Positions 1-11,421 of a stretch of 64,000 nt of DNA are shown in pieces. Made by a program: the position numbers and the translations under genes. Source of the DNA: Desulfatiglandales bacterium (GTDB lineage: Bacteria > Desulfobacterota > DSM-4660 > Desulfatiglandales > HGW-15); assembly GCA_963667015.2 (NCBI GenBank), contig CAXXJJ010000004.1:2496001-2560000 (forward strand), written 5' to 3'. Within the stretch, counting starts at the first letter, position 1, and every line of letters starts with the position of its first letter. The notes below the pieces were generated by a model that saw only the letters and a list, made by a program, of their open reading frames with translations, was not told where the DNA came from and did no database searches.

Positions 1-1559
1 ACCCTGATACAAAACAGATGCTTTCATACGGCTCTTTTCCGTCTGAAGAAGAGACAAGAGCCAGCCAGATTGCCATTGAAGGGAGTGTGGCCGGCAGGGT
101 AATGACGACGGGACAGCCTTTTATTGTACCGGATATAATGAATGAAGAACTGTATACGGATAAAGGCATTGTTGAAAGAAAAGGCGTTAACTCCCTGATG
201 GCAATACCCTTTGAAATTCCGAGGTTTTTCCCTCACGAAAGAAATACAACCGGTGTTATCCAGATTTACTACGCCCAAAAAAACAGGATTTTTGCCACCC
301 TCGAGGCACAGATAGCAAACCTCATGTCACAAAGACTCGGGTTTGTAATAGCAAGAAAGAAAATCCTTCTCATGCAGAAGGTGAATGAAAAAAAGGAAAC
401 CATTCTCAAACAGATATTCTCAAGGATGGGCTCTCTTGAAGGCGTTAAAATGAAGGATATCTTCAACCGGCTGATTCCTGAACTTGCGGATATTATCAAC
501 ATACAGAGCTGCGCGCTTTTTTCTGTTACAGAGGATATGGCAAACGTGGTGCTGGAGGCAGGATACCCTGATTCGCTTTCATTCCATGGTATAGGCAAAA
601 GTTTTTCAATAGAAAGCGAGCCCTCCTTTGAACTTGTGCTGGGCCTGAGATATCTGGAAGGCGAATCCCCCTATGAAATAGTGACACCATCCTATGTGCT
701 TGTTACTGACCCGGAGAAAAGCAGCCTTATATCAGAAAACACAAAGAGGCTTTCATTAAGACGTAATATAAACTCCATACTCTATATACCGCTGAGGTCC
801 GGTGATGACATTACCCATTTTATGACCTTTGATGCGCTTGATCAAAGAAAGGGTTACAGCGCGGAAGAGATCGAGATACTTCTCTTTCTCGGAAGAGAAC
901 TCATGAAGGCACAGAGGATGGAACGGCTTGATGATATCCTTCATGACTTTAAAAATCCGGCCATTGCCACCGCCGGATTTGCACGAAGGGTCCATGCCAT
1001 GATCGAACAGGAGTTCAACCCCGGGACTAACAGCAAGATAAGCCGCTATATACAGATTCTTATGGAGGAAACCAGCCGCCTGCAGGAAATGGCACTAAGT
1101 TTATCACATGTAGGAAAAGAACAGGCGGTTAATGTAACCCAGGTGCTTAAGCGCAGGTTTGAGATAAACGAGGAGGCGATTAAGGAACAGCTGAGGCAGG
1201 ATATAACCCTTGAGGAAGGCCCATTTGAAGAAAATCTCTTTATCTACTGCTATCCTCTTTACCTGGAAAGGATTCTGGATAATCTTTTAAACAACGCAAC
1301 AAAGGCTATACCGCTGCATGGAGGCAGACTGGGTATATCAACCTATCTTAGGGACGGTTACGCATATATAGAAGTTAAAAATACAGGCGCAATGTCTGAG
1401 GATGTCCGTCAGCAGCTCCTTGAGGGAGATGCAAAGGGCCGGGGCTTTTATATAACCCACAAAATTATACGTGTCTTAAAGGGGGTTGTAGATATCAGGT
1501 CGGAGGATGATACAACGATAATAACCCTTAAACTCCCGGTCTATATTTCAGGCAAATAA
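1..1559 (+). CDS. GAF-domain sensor histidine kinase (probably 5' truncated by the window edge)
   Basis: Two GAF-like regions, H-box HDFKNP, N-box NLLNNA, G2-like GRGF. Confidence 0.85.
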   Translation, partial: PDTKQMLSYGSFPSEEETRASQIAIEGSVAGRVMTTGQPFIVPDIMNEELYTDKGIVERKGVNSLMAIPFEIPRFFPHERNTTGVIQIYYAQKNRIFATLEAQIANLMSQRLGFVIARKKILLMQKVNEKKETILKQIFSRMGSLEGVKMKDIFNRLIPELADIINIQSCALFSVTEDMANVVLEAGYPDSLSFHGIGKSFSIESEPSFELVLGLRYLEGESPYEIVTPSYVLVTDPEKSSLISENTKRLSLRRNINSILYIPLRSGDDITHFMTFDALDQRKGYSAEEIEILLFLGRELMKAQRMERLDDILHDFKNPAIATAGFARRVHAMIEQEFNPGTNSKISRYIQILMEETSRLQEMALSLSHVGKEQAVNVTQVLKRRFEINEEAIKEQLRQDITLEEGPFEENLFIYCYPLYLERILDNLLNNATKAIPLHGGRLGISTYLRDGYAYIEVKNTGAMSEDVRQQLLEGDAKGRGFYITHKIIRVLKGVVDIRSEDDTTIITLKLPVYISGK

Positions 1560-2399
1560 TCAAAATTCTTCCAGAATGCCTTCGCGTGGCGTAACATTAT
1601 AGTTTTCCGCTATTTCCATTAACTGTTTATCGGTTACAACACGCGGGGATCCGGACAATCCCATGCTTTTTATATAGATCTCCGCCGTCTTCTCAACTGT
1701 TTCAATTAAGCCCATAGCCTCATCCATGGAATTTCCCGCCGCAATAATCCCGTGAAGCGGCCAGATAACCACCCTGAAGTCCTTAAATTTTTTTGCGGTT
1801 TCATTGCTGATATCCCGGGTCCCGGGCACCATCCAGGGGATCAGGCCGATGCCGTCAGGAAACACGACTATGCATTCCGAATGCATGCGCCACAGGGCAG
1901 ATGTCATATTTTTTTCATCAAGTTCACCCATGGTGGACATCACTATCGTGCTGGTGGCATGTGTATGCATTATCACCCTGTGTTCAGGATCTGCCTTAAG
2001 ACGCTCGATATGCCCCATAAAATGCATGCGCATTTCACTCGTCGGGGAGTTATCCCCTTCAAAACCCCACAAAAGCTCAAGCCTTTTACCGTCCGCCGAA
2101 ACCCTGACAACGCCAAGGCCTCGCTCAGGATTTTCATGAAGCTTTCTGAAATATGTTCCTGTTGCGGTTATTATGAATACTTTACCGGCAAGGGCCATGA
2201 TATCCTGGTCCAGATCAAAATATCTCCGGGGGCTGTTCAGATCAAAATATTTCTCCGCCTCTGCATGCGGGATTATACAGCTTATGTTGCCCGCATTTCT
2301 TTCAGCCCACCCCCTCAGGGACATCAGCCTTCCTGCGTCCGATATTTCCTTAACCAGGGTTGACTCGGAAAAATATTCATTTCCTTCTTTGATATTCAT
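1560..2399 (-). CDS. rhaD: Rhamnulose-1-phosphate aldolase (class II aldolase)
   Basis: GWAERNAGNIS, PTSE, MHTH and WPLHG motifs; start moved to the ATG at 2399 behind a CAGGAG RBS. Confidence 0.8.
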   Translation of the reverse strand: MNIKEGNEYFSESTLVKEISDAGRLMSLRGWAERNAGNISCIIPHAEAEKYFDLNSPRRYFDLDQDIMALAGKVFIITATGTYFRKLHENPERGLGVVRVSADGKRLELLWGFEGDNSPTSEMRMHFMGHIERLKADPEHRVIMHTHATSTIVMSTMGELDEKNMTSALWRMHSECIVVFPDGIGLIPWMVPGTRDISNETAKKFKDFRVVIWPLHGIIAAGNSMDEAMGLIETVEKTAEIYIKSMGLSGSPRVVTDKQLMEIAENYNVTPREGILEEF

Positions 2400-2447
2400 G
2401 AAAAACTCCTGACACACAGATGTCAATTGCAGTATGATTCGCCTGAT

Positions 2448-4937
2448 TTAATTCTGCCGCTCTTTATCATCATTAAAATCCATATCAAATTCGGAAAAAT
2501 TTCCCGACTTGGGGGCCTCAGGCCTGGGCGCATACTCTGTAGGGTCTGTACCCTTTTTAAAGCTCTGGAACACGGTTTCCTTTGAATAGGGGCTTGCCAG
2601 GAGGCCTGTCTTCTTATCAATCTTCACAAAGACAACGCTTTCAGGTGCAATAAAATCTTGAACAGGTTTACCCTTTAATGCCTCAGACATAAAATAAAGC
2701 CATATGGGGCTGGATGCACGGGATCCTGTTTCATTCTTTCCCATGGGTGTCATATTATCATAACCCGTCCATGCACCGGTAACAAGTTCCGGGGTATAGC
2801 CAACAAACCAGGCATCCCAAAGGGAGTCGGTCGTTCCTGTTTTTCCTGCCGCAGGCCTGCCCAGCGCCCTGACCCTCCATCCGGTTCCCTCCTGAACAAC
2901 ACCTCTTAAAATATCTGTTATTATATAGGCCGTGTCTTCAGGGATAACGCTTTTTAAGGAAGGATGATTTTCTTCAAGAATAAGTCCATCACGATCCTCT
3001 ACCCTTTCTATATAATATGGTTCTGCCAGCAGACCGTTATTGGCAAAGGCAGAGTAGGTCTTTGTAATTTCACTCAAAGAAAGCCCTGTAGTACCGAGTG
3101 CCAGAGAGAGGTCAGCGCTGAGCTCCGACTCAATACCCATTTGCCTTGCATAGTCTACGACAGTCCTGACTCCGATCTGTTTAAGTATCTTAACAGTTAT
3201 TACATTTAAGGATGAGATCAATGCCTTTCTAAAAAGGGTAGGACCATAAAATGTCTGCTTGTTATTCTTGGGCCTCCATGGCTCCTCATCCGGATTAAGG
3301 CTTGAGATATAAGGAGTATCAAGGATAACGTCGGCAGGGGTCATACCATTATCAAGGGCCGCCGCATATATAATCGGTTTAAATGCTGATCCCGGCTGAC
3401 GTCTTGCCTGATTGGCCCTGTCATACTGGCTGAGTTTAAAGTCGTATCCGCCAACCATGGCCCTGACCTTTCCGGTCGAATTTTCCATGGAAAACAGTGC
3501 TCCCTGCACTGCGGGCTGCTGTTCAAGCGAGATTGTCCAGTCAAAGGGCTGTGTATCATCTTCTGTATCATCAGCATTTTCAGCATTATCAATATCGCCA
3601 AGATCCTCAACAGATTCAACAGGCTCAGTATTTATATCAGGCTTAACATTTTTATCAGGTTCAACCGGCGCATCCAGGCGGCACAATATGATATCACCGG
3701 GTTTTAGGGCATCACTTATCTTTTTAAGCCTTGCCTCGCCCAGGTAATGGGCAACATCAGGATCAGGTTTTCTTGCCCATTCCATGTCTTTAAGGGTGAG
3801 AAGGCATTTGAGACTCCCGACCCATACAGATGCCTGACCGGTTTCGTCGTCTATTGAATCAACAATTCCCTTAACCATCATGTCTTTTACAGGAGGGTTT
3901 TCCTTAAAACCTTCATCTGTTTCATTTTTTAAGGTGTCATATTCACCTGGCTGCAATGAGCCTAAAGGCCCCCGGTATCCTTCCCTTTTATCAAGTTCCC
4001 TGAGTCCCTTTTGAACTGCAGCCACGGCCTTGCGCTGCATATCAAGGTTTACCGTCGTATACACCTTGAGTCCGCCGTTATAAAGAAGGTCAGTTCCATA
4101 ATGGCTTTCGATATACCTGCGTATATATTCAGAGAACCAGGGGCTTCTATCAAAGGTATTTTCCTCTTCCCGGGTCTCATTTACGATAATCTCGGTATCC
4201 AGGGCCTCCTTAAACTGGGCATCGGTTATAAAACCCTCTTCGCGCATCCGGTTAAGGGTATAATTCTGCCTGATTTTTGCCTTTTCAAAATTATTTATGG
4301 GAGAATATCTGCTGGGGGCCTGGTACAGCCCTCCAAGCATGGCGCATTCGGCAATATTCAATTCAGACACACTCTTGTTAAAGTAGGTCCTCGCAGCGGA
4401 TTCAACACCATATGCCCCGCTTCCGAGGTATATCTCATTCAGGTAAAGAAACAGTATCTCTTGCTTGGAGAAATGTTTTTCTATCTGGAGGGAAAGGATA
4501 ATCTCCCTTACCTTTCTCCTGTATTTTTTCTCCTGGCTTTTTAAAAGCAGTAATCTGGCGACCTGCTGTGTGATGGTGCTTGCCCCCTGTTTTTTTCTGC
4601 CGGCAAGCTGATTTTTTACAACAGCCCTGATGATTCCAAGATAATCAACCCCTTTGTGCTCAAAAAACTGATCATCTTCTGCCGCGACAAATGCATTTAT
4701 CAGGTTGCGTGGAATTTGATCTATGGGAAGGACTATCCTTTTTTCCTTCCAGAAACGGCCGATTATCTCTCCGTCAGCGCTGTAGAACTCCGTTATGACC
4801 GGTGGGTTGTAGTCCTTTAAGTTACCTATATAGGGCAGACTGCTGGACCAGAAATACCATAGCCCTCCGCCGACTGCCGAAGAAACGACCACTGCGGCAA
4901 CCATGAGCCAGATAACAACTTTTAGATATCTCTTCAA
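2448..4937 (-). CDS. mrcA: Penicillin-binding protein 1A (transglycosylase/transpeptidase)
   Basis: N-terminal TM, EDxxFFEHxG, GASTITQQ, RKxxE, SAFK, SLN and KTG motifs. Confidence 0.95.
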   Translation of the reverse strand: MKRYLKVVIWLMVAAVVVSSAVGGGLWYFWSSSLPYIGNLKDYNPPVITEFYSADGEIIGRFWKEKRIVLPIDQIPRNLINAFVAAEDDQFFEHKGVDYLGIIRAVVKNQLAGRKKQGASTITQQVARLLLLKSQEKKYRRKVREIILSLQIEKHFSKQEILFLYLNEIYLGSGAYGVESAARTYFNKSVSELNIAECAMLGGLYQAPSRYSPINNFEKAKIRQNYTLNRMREEGFITDAQFKEALDTEIIVNETREEENTFDRSPWFSEYIRRYIESHYGTDLLYNGGLKVYTTVNLDMQRKAVAAVQKGLRELDKREGYRGPLGSLQPGEYDTLKNETDEGFKENPPVKDMMVKGIVDSIDDETGQASVWVGSLKCLLTLKDMEWARKPDPDVAHYLGEARLKKISDALKPGDIILCRLDAPVEPDKNVKPDINTEPVESVEDLGDIDNAENADDTEDDTQPFDWTISLEQQPAVQGALFSMENSTGKVRAMVGGYDFKLSQYDRANQARRQPGSAFKPIIYAAALDNGMTPADVILDTPYISSLNPDEEPWRPKNNKQTFYGPTLFRKALISSLNVITVKILKQIGVRTVVDYARQMGIESELSADLSLALGTTGLSLSEITKTYSAFANNGLLAEPYYIERVEDRDGLILEENHPSLKSVIPEDTAYIITDILRGVVQEGTGWRVRALGRPAAGKTGTTDSLWDAWFVGYTPELVTGAWTGYDNMTPMGKNETGSRASSPIWLYFMSEALKGKPVQDFIAPESVVFVKIDKKTGLLASPYSKETVFQSFKKGTDPTEYAPRPEAPKSGNFSEFDMDFNDDKERQN

Positions 4938-5081
4938 CTGAACATTCTCCTGATATATTTTATGGAATCATCCATAAATCGCTCGAAATAAAGAATAAAA
5001 TTATATATGCTATTGCACAAATCTTAATATATGTAAAGTTTCCGGTTAATTACTTAAAACCACTTCCGGAGGTAATTACAA

Positions 5082-6065
5082 TTGGACACGTTGATAATAA
5101 CCAGCAGGGAAATTTACAGCATATTAACTCCTTCTCTCGCTAACCGGGTCGTGGAAAAGGCCTTCAGGGCATACGGCTCAGGAAAGGCTGACATGCCCCC
5201 CAAAAGCTATCTTTACTTTAAAAAGGGCGATCTGCGCTCCATGCCAGCCTATCTCCATGGTGAGGGATTTAATATCGCCGGGATAAAAAGCGTAAACGTA
5301 CACCTATCCAATAACGGCAAAAATATCCCCACGGTTATGGGCCTGATTATTCTAACCGATCCTGATACGGGTTTTCCCCTTGCTGTCCTTGACGGCACCT
5401 CACTCACCGGCATAAGGACAGGAGCGGCAGGTGCACTCGCCGTGAAACTGTTAAGCAATAAAGGTGCCAAATATGCCGGTTTTGTCGGATCCGGCGCGCA
5501 GGCAAGGACCCAGCTTGAATGCATAATGGAAACCAGGAGACTCAGGGGAATAAAGATATGGAAATTCACCAGAGAAGACCTCCTGGCAGAAAATTTTTGC
5601 CTGTGGGCCCAAAAAAAGTATAACCTGGACACCCTGATATCGGAAGACATAAACGACATTACCATGAACGCGGATATTGTAGTAACAACCACACCATCAA
5701 GGGTTCCGGTGGTGAAGCAGGTTTCTCCGGGCACTCATATAAACGCAATAGGCGCGGATGCAGCCGGTAAACAGGAGATCAGCCCTGACATTCTCAGAAG
5801 GGCAAAACTTGTTATTGATGACTGGAAACAGGCATCCCACAGCGGCGAGATAAATGTGCCCTACAGTAAAAAACAGATCAGAAAAAAAGATATTTATGGA
5901 GAACTTGGAGAAATCGCAATCAGGGCAAAAAAAGGCAGGGAAAACCAGGATGAGATAACCCTGTTTGATTCAACTGGCCTTGCAATACAGGATGTTGCAT
6001 GCGGTTATGCCGTGTACAGGGAACTGAAGGACAATAAAGAAGTACAAAGGGTTTCCTTCTTTTAA
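5082..6065 (+). CDS. Ornithine cyclodeaminase/mu-crystallin family (archaeal-type alanine dehydrogenase-like)
   Basis: GDLRSMPAY, RTGAAG, GSGAQA, HINAIGAD and FDSTGLAIQD motifs. Confidence 0.9.
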   Translation: MDTLIITSREIYSILTPSLANRVVEKAFRAYGSGKADMPPKSYLYFKKGDLRSMPAYLHGEGFNIAGIKSVNVHLSNNGKNIPTVMGLIILTDPDTGFPLAVLDGTSLTGIRTGAAGALAVKLLSNKGAKYAGFVGSGAQARTQLECIMETRRLRGIKIWKFTREDLLAENFCLWAQKKYNLDTLISEDINDITMNADIVVTTTPSRVPVVKQVSPGTHINAIGADAAGKQEISPDILRRAKLVIDDWKQASHSGEINVPYSKKQIRKKDIYGELGEIAIRAKKGRENQDEITLFDSTGLAIQDVACGYAVYRELKDNKEVQRVSFF

Positions 6066-6091
6066 TGACTGTTTAGATATACACACATGTT

Positions 6092-7327
6092 TTATTTATC
6101 ATACATTTCGTTATTCAACATTTCAAGCGCAGCTTCAAGTTCCCGGTCTTTTCCTTCACGAAGATCATATGGTGTTACAACAGACACTACTTTATCAGGA
6201 ATAACTCCTGCGCCTTCCAGGCGCTGGCCGTTCAGACCAATATAGTCTGATATAGGTATCATAATCTCGCCGCCGTCGGGAAGCCTCAATTTACGGGCCA
6301 CAAGTACTGCACCGGCTGTCTTTTGTCCTACGACAGCAGCTCGATGGTGAAACTGTAAAATATGCGATAAAATTTCTGCCGCGCTTCCTGATTCGGAGTT
6401 AACCAGTATTACCATTGGCTTATCATAATTAAGGGTTAAAAATTCCATACTGTCTTTATCATTTTCTTTACCGCTGCGGGTAATAAAAGTCCCCATCGAA
6501 ACATTGTCCGGGAAAAAGTGTCCTACCGCCACCTTGCAGGAATGAAGGCTTCCTCCGCGATTAGATCTCAGGTCCAGAATTAATCCCCGTGTTGCGCCAT
6601 ATTCCTGGAGTTTTTTATGTAAAAATTTAACCGATTGTCTGTTGAATTCAGTTATCCTGACATACAGTAACCCGTTATTAAGCTCATGTGCTTCTACAAA
6701 CTGGATTTTATCACGCTTTACGGGAATCATACTCAATGAGCAGGGATGCTCATTCTCATCGAGAAAGTCAAAGGTAACGGTTTCACCTGCTATGGTATGT
6801 AAATTAGAATTCTTTAAATCCGGAAATTTCACACCATCACGCCCAACCACCAGCCAGCCTTTCTGCACTCCGGCCTTTGCAGCTGGACTATCCGGTATGA
6901 CAGTGAATATGTATATTTTATCCTGAATAACACTGGTTATTATTCCAATCGCCCCTTCCTTTTTACTGCTGTCGGTAATATCTTTTCTGGCAGTCCTCAC
7001 TGCAACAAGATGAGAGACTTCCAATTCAGAAAACATTTTATTAATTACAACATATAACTTATCCGGGTCAGCTGCAGATATGGCTTCGTCCCTGTATTTC
7101 TCACCCAGCTTTACCCAGTCTTTTCCATTGAAGGTTTGATCATAATAAAAACTGTTAACCTTGTTCCAGGCAGAATCAAACACCTTCCGGTTAAAAATAA
7201 CACGTTCATCAGGTGTTAAGTTCTGCTGTTCAATATATTTTTTTGGAAGGCTGGAACATGCGCTGAATAAAAGGATAGAAAATATTACTGAAGATAAAAT
7301 TTTAGATATAGCTCTGGCTCTGTGCAT
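6092..7327 (-). CDS. S41 family C-terminal processing peptidase, lipoprotein with PDZ domain
   Basis: Lipobox FSAC, PDZ (PDSPAAKAG), LDLRxNxGG, SGSAAE and GxxPD motifs. Confidence 0.9.
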   Translation of the reverse strand: MHRARAISKILSSVIFSILLFSACSSLPKKYIEQQNLTPDERVIFNRKVFDSAWNKVNSFYYDQTFNGKDWVKLGEKYRDEAISAADPDKLYVVINKMFSELEVSHLVAVRTARKDITDSSKKEGAIGIITSVIQDKIYIFTVIPDSPAAKAGVQKGWLVVGRDGVKFPDLKNSNLHTIAGETVTFDFLDENEHPCSLSMIPVKRDKIQFVEAHELNNGLLYVRITEFNRQSVKFLHKKLQEYGATRGLILDLRSNRGGSLHSCKVAVGHFFPDNVSMGTFITRSGKENDKDSMEFLTLNYDKPMVILVNSESGSAAEILSHILQFHHRAAVVGQKTAGAVLVARKLRLPDGGEIMIPISDYIGLNGQRLEGAGVIPDKVVSVVTPYDLREGKDRELEAALEMLNNEMYDK

Positions 7328-7447
7328 TATGGTTTCCCTCTATGGATCAAGAATATTTTTATGGTGATAGGAATAAAAGATATTATAATTTACTACAAAT
7401 AGCACAAAGGACCCAAAGAAAATCGAAAGCCTTAAAACATGTCTCTC

Positions 7448-7545
7448 ACAGAGGCCACAGAGAACACCGAAAAAAAAAGACAAAAACAATTTTTTTTTTA
7501 AAATTAAAAAGTTTTTCTTCGTGATCTTCGTGTTTCTGGTGGTGA
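7448..7545. repeat. Inverted pair of ~9-nt tandem repeats (CACAGAGGC-type arms) around an AT-rich spacer
   Basis: cacagaggccacagagaacaccga ... cttcgtgatcttcgtgtttctggtggt; a related structure lies at 21166-21247. Confidence 0.6.
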
Positions 7546-7553
7546 AAAAGTTT

Positions 7554-8279
7554 TTAATCCTGCGCCTTATGATATTTTTTAATCATGTTTTTTGTCTGGT
7601 TGATCCTCTTTGTTATAAGGATTGACCTCGGGCATTGCCTGGTGCATTCAAAGTGATTCTCGCACGGCCATACCCCGTCGGGCCTGTCCAGAACAGGCAG
7701 CCGATCCTCAAAACCCTTATCCCTTGAATCAGCGGAGAACCTGAAGGCCTGCACAATTGCAGCAGGACCAAGGAAATCCCATGTCTCGCCAACAACAGGG
7801 CAGGCTGAATAGCAGGATGAGCATAGTATACAGTTGATGGAATCGTCAAACTGCATGCGTTCTTCCTGTGACTGAATCCTCTCTTTTTCTTTGACCGGTT
7901 CTTTATTAATCAGAAAAGGTAATACAGTCTTATATTTTTCAAACAGTTTTGTCTGGTCAACTATAAGGTCCCTTTGTACCGGAAAATTTCTCAGGGGCTC
8001 CAGCAGGATTGTATCACCATCAGATGAGGCAACAGACTTTACAAGGGTCTTGCATGCAAGACCTTCTTTTCCGTTTATACGCATTGCATCCGAGCCGCAT
8101 ACACCATGGGCGCAGCTTTTCCTGAATGATATGGTATTATCCTGATATTCCTTTACCTGCATCAGGGCATCAAGCACCCGTGCAGTTGGTTCAACATCCA
8201 CTTTGTATTCCCTGTAACAGGGCACATCATCTGTTTCAGGATTGTAACGCTGGATCTTAAGTATGATGTTCATCTTCAC
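7554..8279 (-). CDS. sdhB: Succinate dehydrogenase/fumarate reductase iron-sulfur subunit
   Basis: SCAHGVCGSD, CILCSSCYSACP and CENHFECTRQCP cluster motifs. Confidence 0.95.
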   Translation of the reverse strand: MKMNIILKIQRYNPETDDVPCYREYKVDVEPTARVLDALMQVKEYQDNTISFRKSCAHGVCGSDAMRINGKEGLACKTLVKSVASSDGDTILLEPLRNFPVQRDLIVDQTKLFEKYKTVLPFLINKEPVKEKERIQSQEERMQFDDSINCILCSSCYSACPVVGETWDFLGPAAIVQAFRFSADSRDKGFEDRLPVLDRPDGVWPCENHFECTRQCPRSILITKRINQTKNMIKKYHKAQD

Positions 8280-8282
8280 CTC

Positions 8283-10019
8283 CTAATACACCCTCGGCTT
8301 CGGTTCCCACTTTGAAATATCCACGGCCTTGTAATTGATATTTACTTCATCACCATCCAGGGTTGCCAGTGTATGCTTAAGCCAGTCTTCATCATTCCTG
8401 TCGGGAAAGTCTTCGCGGGAATGGGCGCCCCTGCTTTCTTTGCGGTTTTTAGCTGATTCAGCGGTAACAAGCGCCAGATCAAGCAGGTTTCTTAGCTCGA
8501 TCAGTTCCAGAAGCTCGGTATTAAAGTTTTTAGTCTTATCCCCCGCACCCAGGATTTTATACTCTTCACGCAGATTTTTAATAATCGAAACCGCCTCACC
8601 CATGTCCTTTTCATTTCGGTAGATACCTACCTTCTGCATCATGGCAACCTTCATATCTTCACCGATACGGCCTGCCTCCCCGGTTTTCCCTTTTTCGGTC
8701 AAACCTGCTATCCATTCCCCTGCATATTCATCAGCATCATTTGGGGCCATAATTAAATCAGCATCCTTCACATATGACGCAATATGTATTCCTGCCCTTC
8801 GGCCGAATACAACCAGGTCAAGAAGGCTGTTTGTTCCAAGCCGGTTTGCACCATGTATGGAGACGCAGGCACATTCACCTGCCGCATAAAGGCCCTCGCA
8901 GACAGTTTTCTTGTCGTCTGTTATGACCCTGCCGTGTGTATCGGTGGGTATGCCTCCCATCCCGTAATGGGCAGTAGGCTGAACAGGTATGGATTTTTCT
9001 GCCGGATCAATGCCAAGATAGGTCTTGCAGAAATCCGTGATATCGGGCAGTTTTGCTTCAAGCACTTCCTTTCCCAACCCGGTAGCATCCAGATATACAT
9101 AATCGTCAATCTTCTTATTTCCCAGTATACCCCGGCCTTCCAGCACCTCTGTTGTAATAGCCCGTGAAACCATATCCCTGGGGGCAAGATCAAGAAGCGT
9201 AGGGGCATAGACCTCCATAAAACGTTCCCCTTTGTTGTTTCTCAGGATACCGCCCTCTCCTCTTACTCCCTCGGTTATAAGTATTCCCATACCCCTTATA
9301 CCAGTTGGGTGAAACTGGAAGAATTCCATATCCTCCAGGGGTATTCCCCTTCGGGCAAGCACAGCAGGTCCGTCACCTGTGTTTGCATAGGCGTTTGATG
9401 TAATCTTGAACATACGGCCAAAGCCGCCCGTGGCAAAGAGAACCGCCTTTGCCCTGAATGTATGAATCTCTCCGGTTGCAATCTCTATTGCTATGACCCC
9501 GCCGCATCTGTTATTTTTAATGATTACGTCCAGTACCTGGTATTCATCATGGAAAGACACATTGTTTTTTATGCACTGCTGATAAAGGGTCTGAAGGATG
9601 GTATGCCCGGTTCTGTCGGCAGCATAGCAGGCCCTGTGTACAGGAGCTTCGCCAAAGTTTCTGGTGTGCCCTCCGAACCTGCGCTGATCAATCTTTCCTT
9701 CTGGTGTGCGGTTGAATGGAAGACCGCGGTTTTCAAGATCATATACTGCCTGCACGGCTTCTTCACTCAACACAAGGGCCGCATCCTGATCAACAAGATA
9801 ATCGCCGCCCTTAACCGTGTCATAGGCATGCCATTCGGGCCTGTCCTCTTCAACATTGCCAAGTGCCGCGCTTATACCTCCCTGGGCTGCACCTGTATGG
9901 CTTCTAACAGGATACAGTTTTGATAAAACCGCTGTCTTTGCACCTTTGCTTGCCTCAAGGGCCGCATAAAGCCCGGCCCCTCCGGCCCCGATTATCACTG
10001 AGTCATATTCATGTATCAA
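8283..10019 (-). CDS. sdhA: Succinate dehydrogenase/fumarate reductase flavoprotein subunit
   Basis: [16 protein letters not shown] (covalent FAD His), QFHPT, HGANRLG and ESRGAH motifs. Confidence 0.95.
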   Translation of the reverse strand: MIHEYDSVIIGAGGAGLYAALEASKGAKTAVLSKLYPVRSHTGAAQGGISAALGNVEEDRPEWHAYDTVKGGDYLVDQDAALVLSEEAVQAVYDLENRGLPFNRTPEGKIDQRRFGGHTRNFGEAPVHRACYAADRTGHTILQTLYQQCIKNNVSFHDEYQVLDVIIKNNRCGGVIAIEIATGEIHTFRAKAVLFATGGFGRMFKITSNAYANTGDGPAVLARRGIPLEDMEFFQFHPTGIRGMGILITEGVRGEGGILRNNKGERFMEVYAPTLLDLAPRDMVSRAITTEVLEGRGILGNKKIDDYVYLDATGLGKEVLEAKLPDITDFCKTYLGIDPAEKSIPVQPTAHYGMGGIPTDTHGRVITDDKKTVCEGLYAAGECACVSIHGANRLGTNSLLDLVVFGRRAGIHIASYVKDADLIMAPNDADEYAGEWIAGLTEKGKTGEAGRIGEDMKVAMMQKVGIYRNEKDMGEAVSIIKNLREEYKILGAGDKTKNFNTELLELIELRNLLDLALVTAESAKNRKESRGAHSREDFPDRNDEDWLKHTLATLDGDEVNINYKAVDISKWEPKPRVY

Positions 10020-10096
10020 TGTTTTTCTCCGGTTGAATGGTCTGATCTACAATTAAAACATAAGGATCTTTATTATCAAAGTGAAAAATAAAAAAA

Positions 10097-10170
10097 TGGC
10101 GCAGGGCACAAGGCGCATGGCGCAAGGTAAAGACCTTAAAAGATTTTCCCTGTGCCTTGAGCCCTGCGCC
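10097..10170. repeat. Heptamer-based inverted repeat (GGCGCAG/GGCACAA units)
   Basis: ggcgcagggcacaaggcgcatggcgcaagg ... ccctgtgccttgagccctgcgcc. Confidence 0.7.
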
Positions 10171-10179
10171 GATTAGTTA

Positions 10180-11421
10180 TTAATCCTTCGCATCATAAAT
10201 TAAAAAGGCTGTAATTACAGCTATGGCAGTCACAGCATAGGCGGAAAAGGTAAACATCACATGATAACCATATTTGTCAATATAATGACCCATAACAGGA
10301 GCAAATATTGCACCGGTATACTGCATGGTGGAATAATATATCCCATAGATCTTGGAGCGGTGACTGGCTGGTGACTGGTTCATTATAAATACCTCTGCTA
10401 CCGGAAAACGGATTGCCTGAAAAACGCCAACCAGGAGGAGAACTATTATAAAACCCAATCCGTAATTCGGAACGGCTACTAATGCGAAGAGCATAAGCCC
10501 ACCCAGGATATCAGTAGCAATTATTACCTTAGCGCTGCCAATTTTATCTGATATATACCCTCCGACCGGCCCGCCGAATACCCCCGGGAGAAATACCCAT
10601 GACATGGACATTGCCGCCAACTCGTTTGTCATACCGAGTGAATTAACCATATAAAGGGAAAGGAAAGAACGAATAGAGGTACCCGCACCTACGCCCAGAA
10701 CCATCATAATAAGAAAAGCCCAAAGCCGTCGCTTATACCCGGGCTGAGGAGGACGCTCTTCTGTCTGTTTCCTTTTCATTTCTTCGATATGAGCCTTGCC
10801 ATATCTCTTATTGAGGTAAAAGAAAAACAAGGTACCGAGAACAGCAGTCGGTACTGCAAGAGTAAGATATGCTCCTCTCCATCCCCATACTCCGGCCACC
10901 AGACCGGCAATGATCGGTGCTGACAAAAAACTGCTGTTACCGCCGATGAGATGCAAACCAACAGCCCTTCCTCTCTGATTAGGAGGTACCGACATCGCAA
11001 TAAGCGGTGTTGACGCGGGATGATAACCCCCTGACATAAGCCCCATAAAAATGAGGGCTAATATGAGCATTAAATAACTGGTGGACAATCCGACAAACAA
11101 ACCCCCTACGGCAACACCAACTATCCCCATGGTTATGAGGATTGTGGGTCCCATCCTGTCGGCCATCCATCCTGCAGGAATCTGTGAGAGGCCCCCCGAA
11201 ATTGCAAAAGCAGAGGTTACACCGCCTGCCATAGAATTACTCAGCTTGAACTCCTGCTGCATATAGGGCAGCATTGGCTGGGGAAGTGCTGTCAAGAGAT
11301 GGTGTGCAGCATGTGCAATCACAAACAGCGGTAATCCGGTAAGAAAAAAAGACCGGTTCTTTGGCGCATCTGCACTTTCTGCTGATTGTTCGGAAGTGGT
11401 ATCAATCGGGTTGTCGGGCAT
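10180..11421 (-). CDS. MFS transporter
   Basis: About 12 hydrophobic segments; motif A GWMADRMG and GYISDKIG. Confidence 0.9.
   Translation of the reverse strand: MPDNPIDTTSEQSAESADAPKNRSFFLTGLPLFVIAHAAHHLLTALPQPMLPYMQQEFKLSNSMAGGVTSAFAISGGLSQIPAGWMADRMGPTILITMGIVGVAVGGLFVGLSTSYLMLILALIFMGLMSGGYHPASTPLIAMSVPPNQRGRAVGLHLIGGNSSFLSAPIIAGLVAGVWGWRGAYLTLAVPTAVLGTLFFFYLNKRYGKAHIEEMKRKQTEERPPQPGYKRRLWAFLIMMVLGVGAGTSIRSFLSLYMVNSLGMTNELAAMSMSWVFLPGVFGGPVGGYISDKIGSAKVIIATDILGGLMLFALVAVPNYGLGFIIVLLLVGVFQAIRFPVAEVFIMNQSPASHRSKIYGIYYSTMQYTGAIFAPVMGHYIDKYGYHVMFTFSAYAVTAIAVITAFLIYDAKD

Noticed and set aside
1752..2363. Long antisense/shadow ORFs (also 4011-4544, 17626-18201, 42685-43284, 43055-43609)
   Set aside because: They overlap well-supported genes on the opposite strand and have no recognisable motifs
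3550..3665. Acidic low-complexity insert in PBP1A as an intein or mobile insertion
   Set aside because: Short disordered loop without splice motifs
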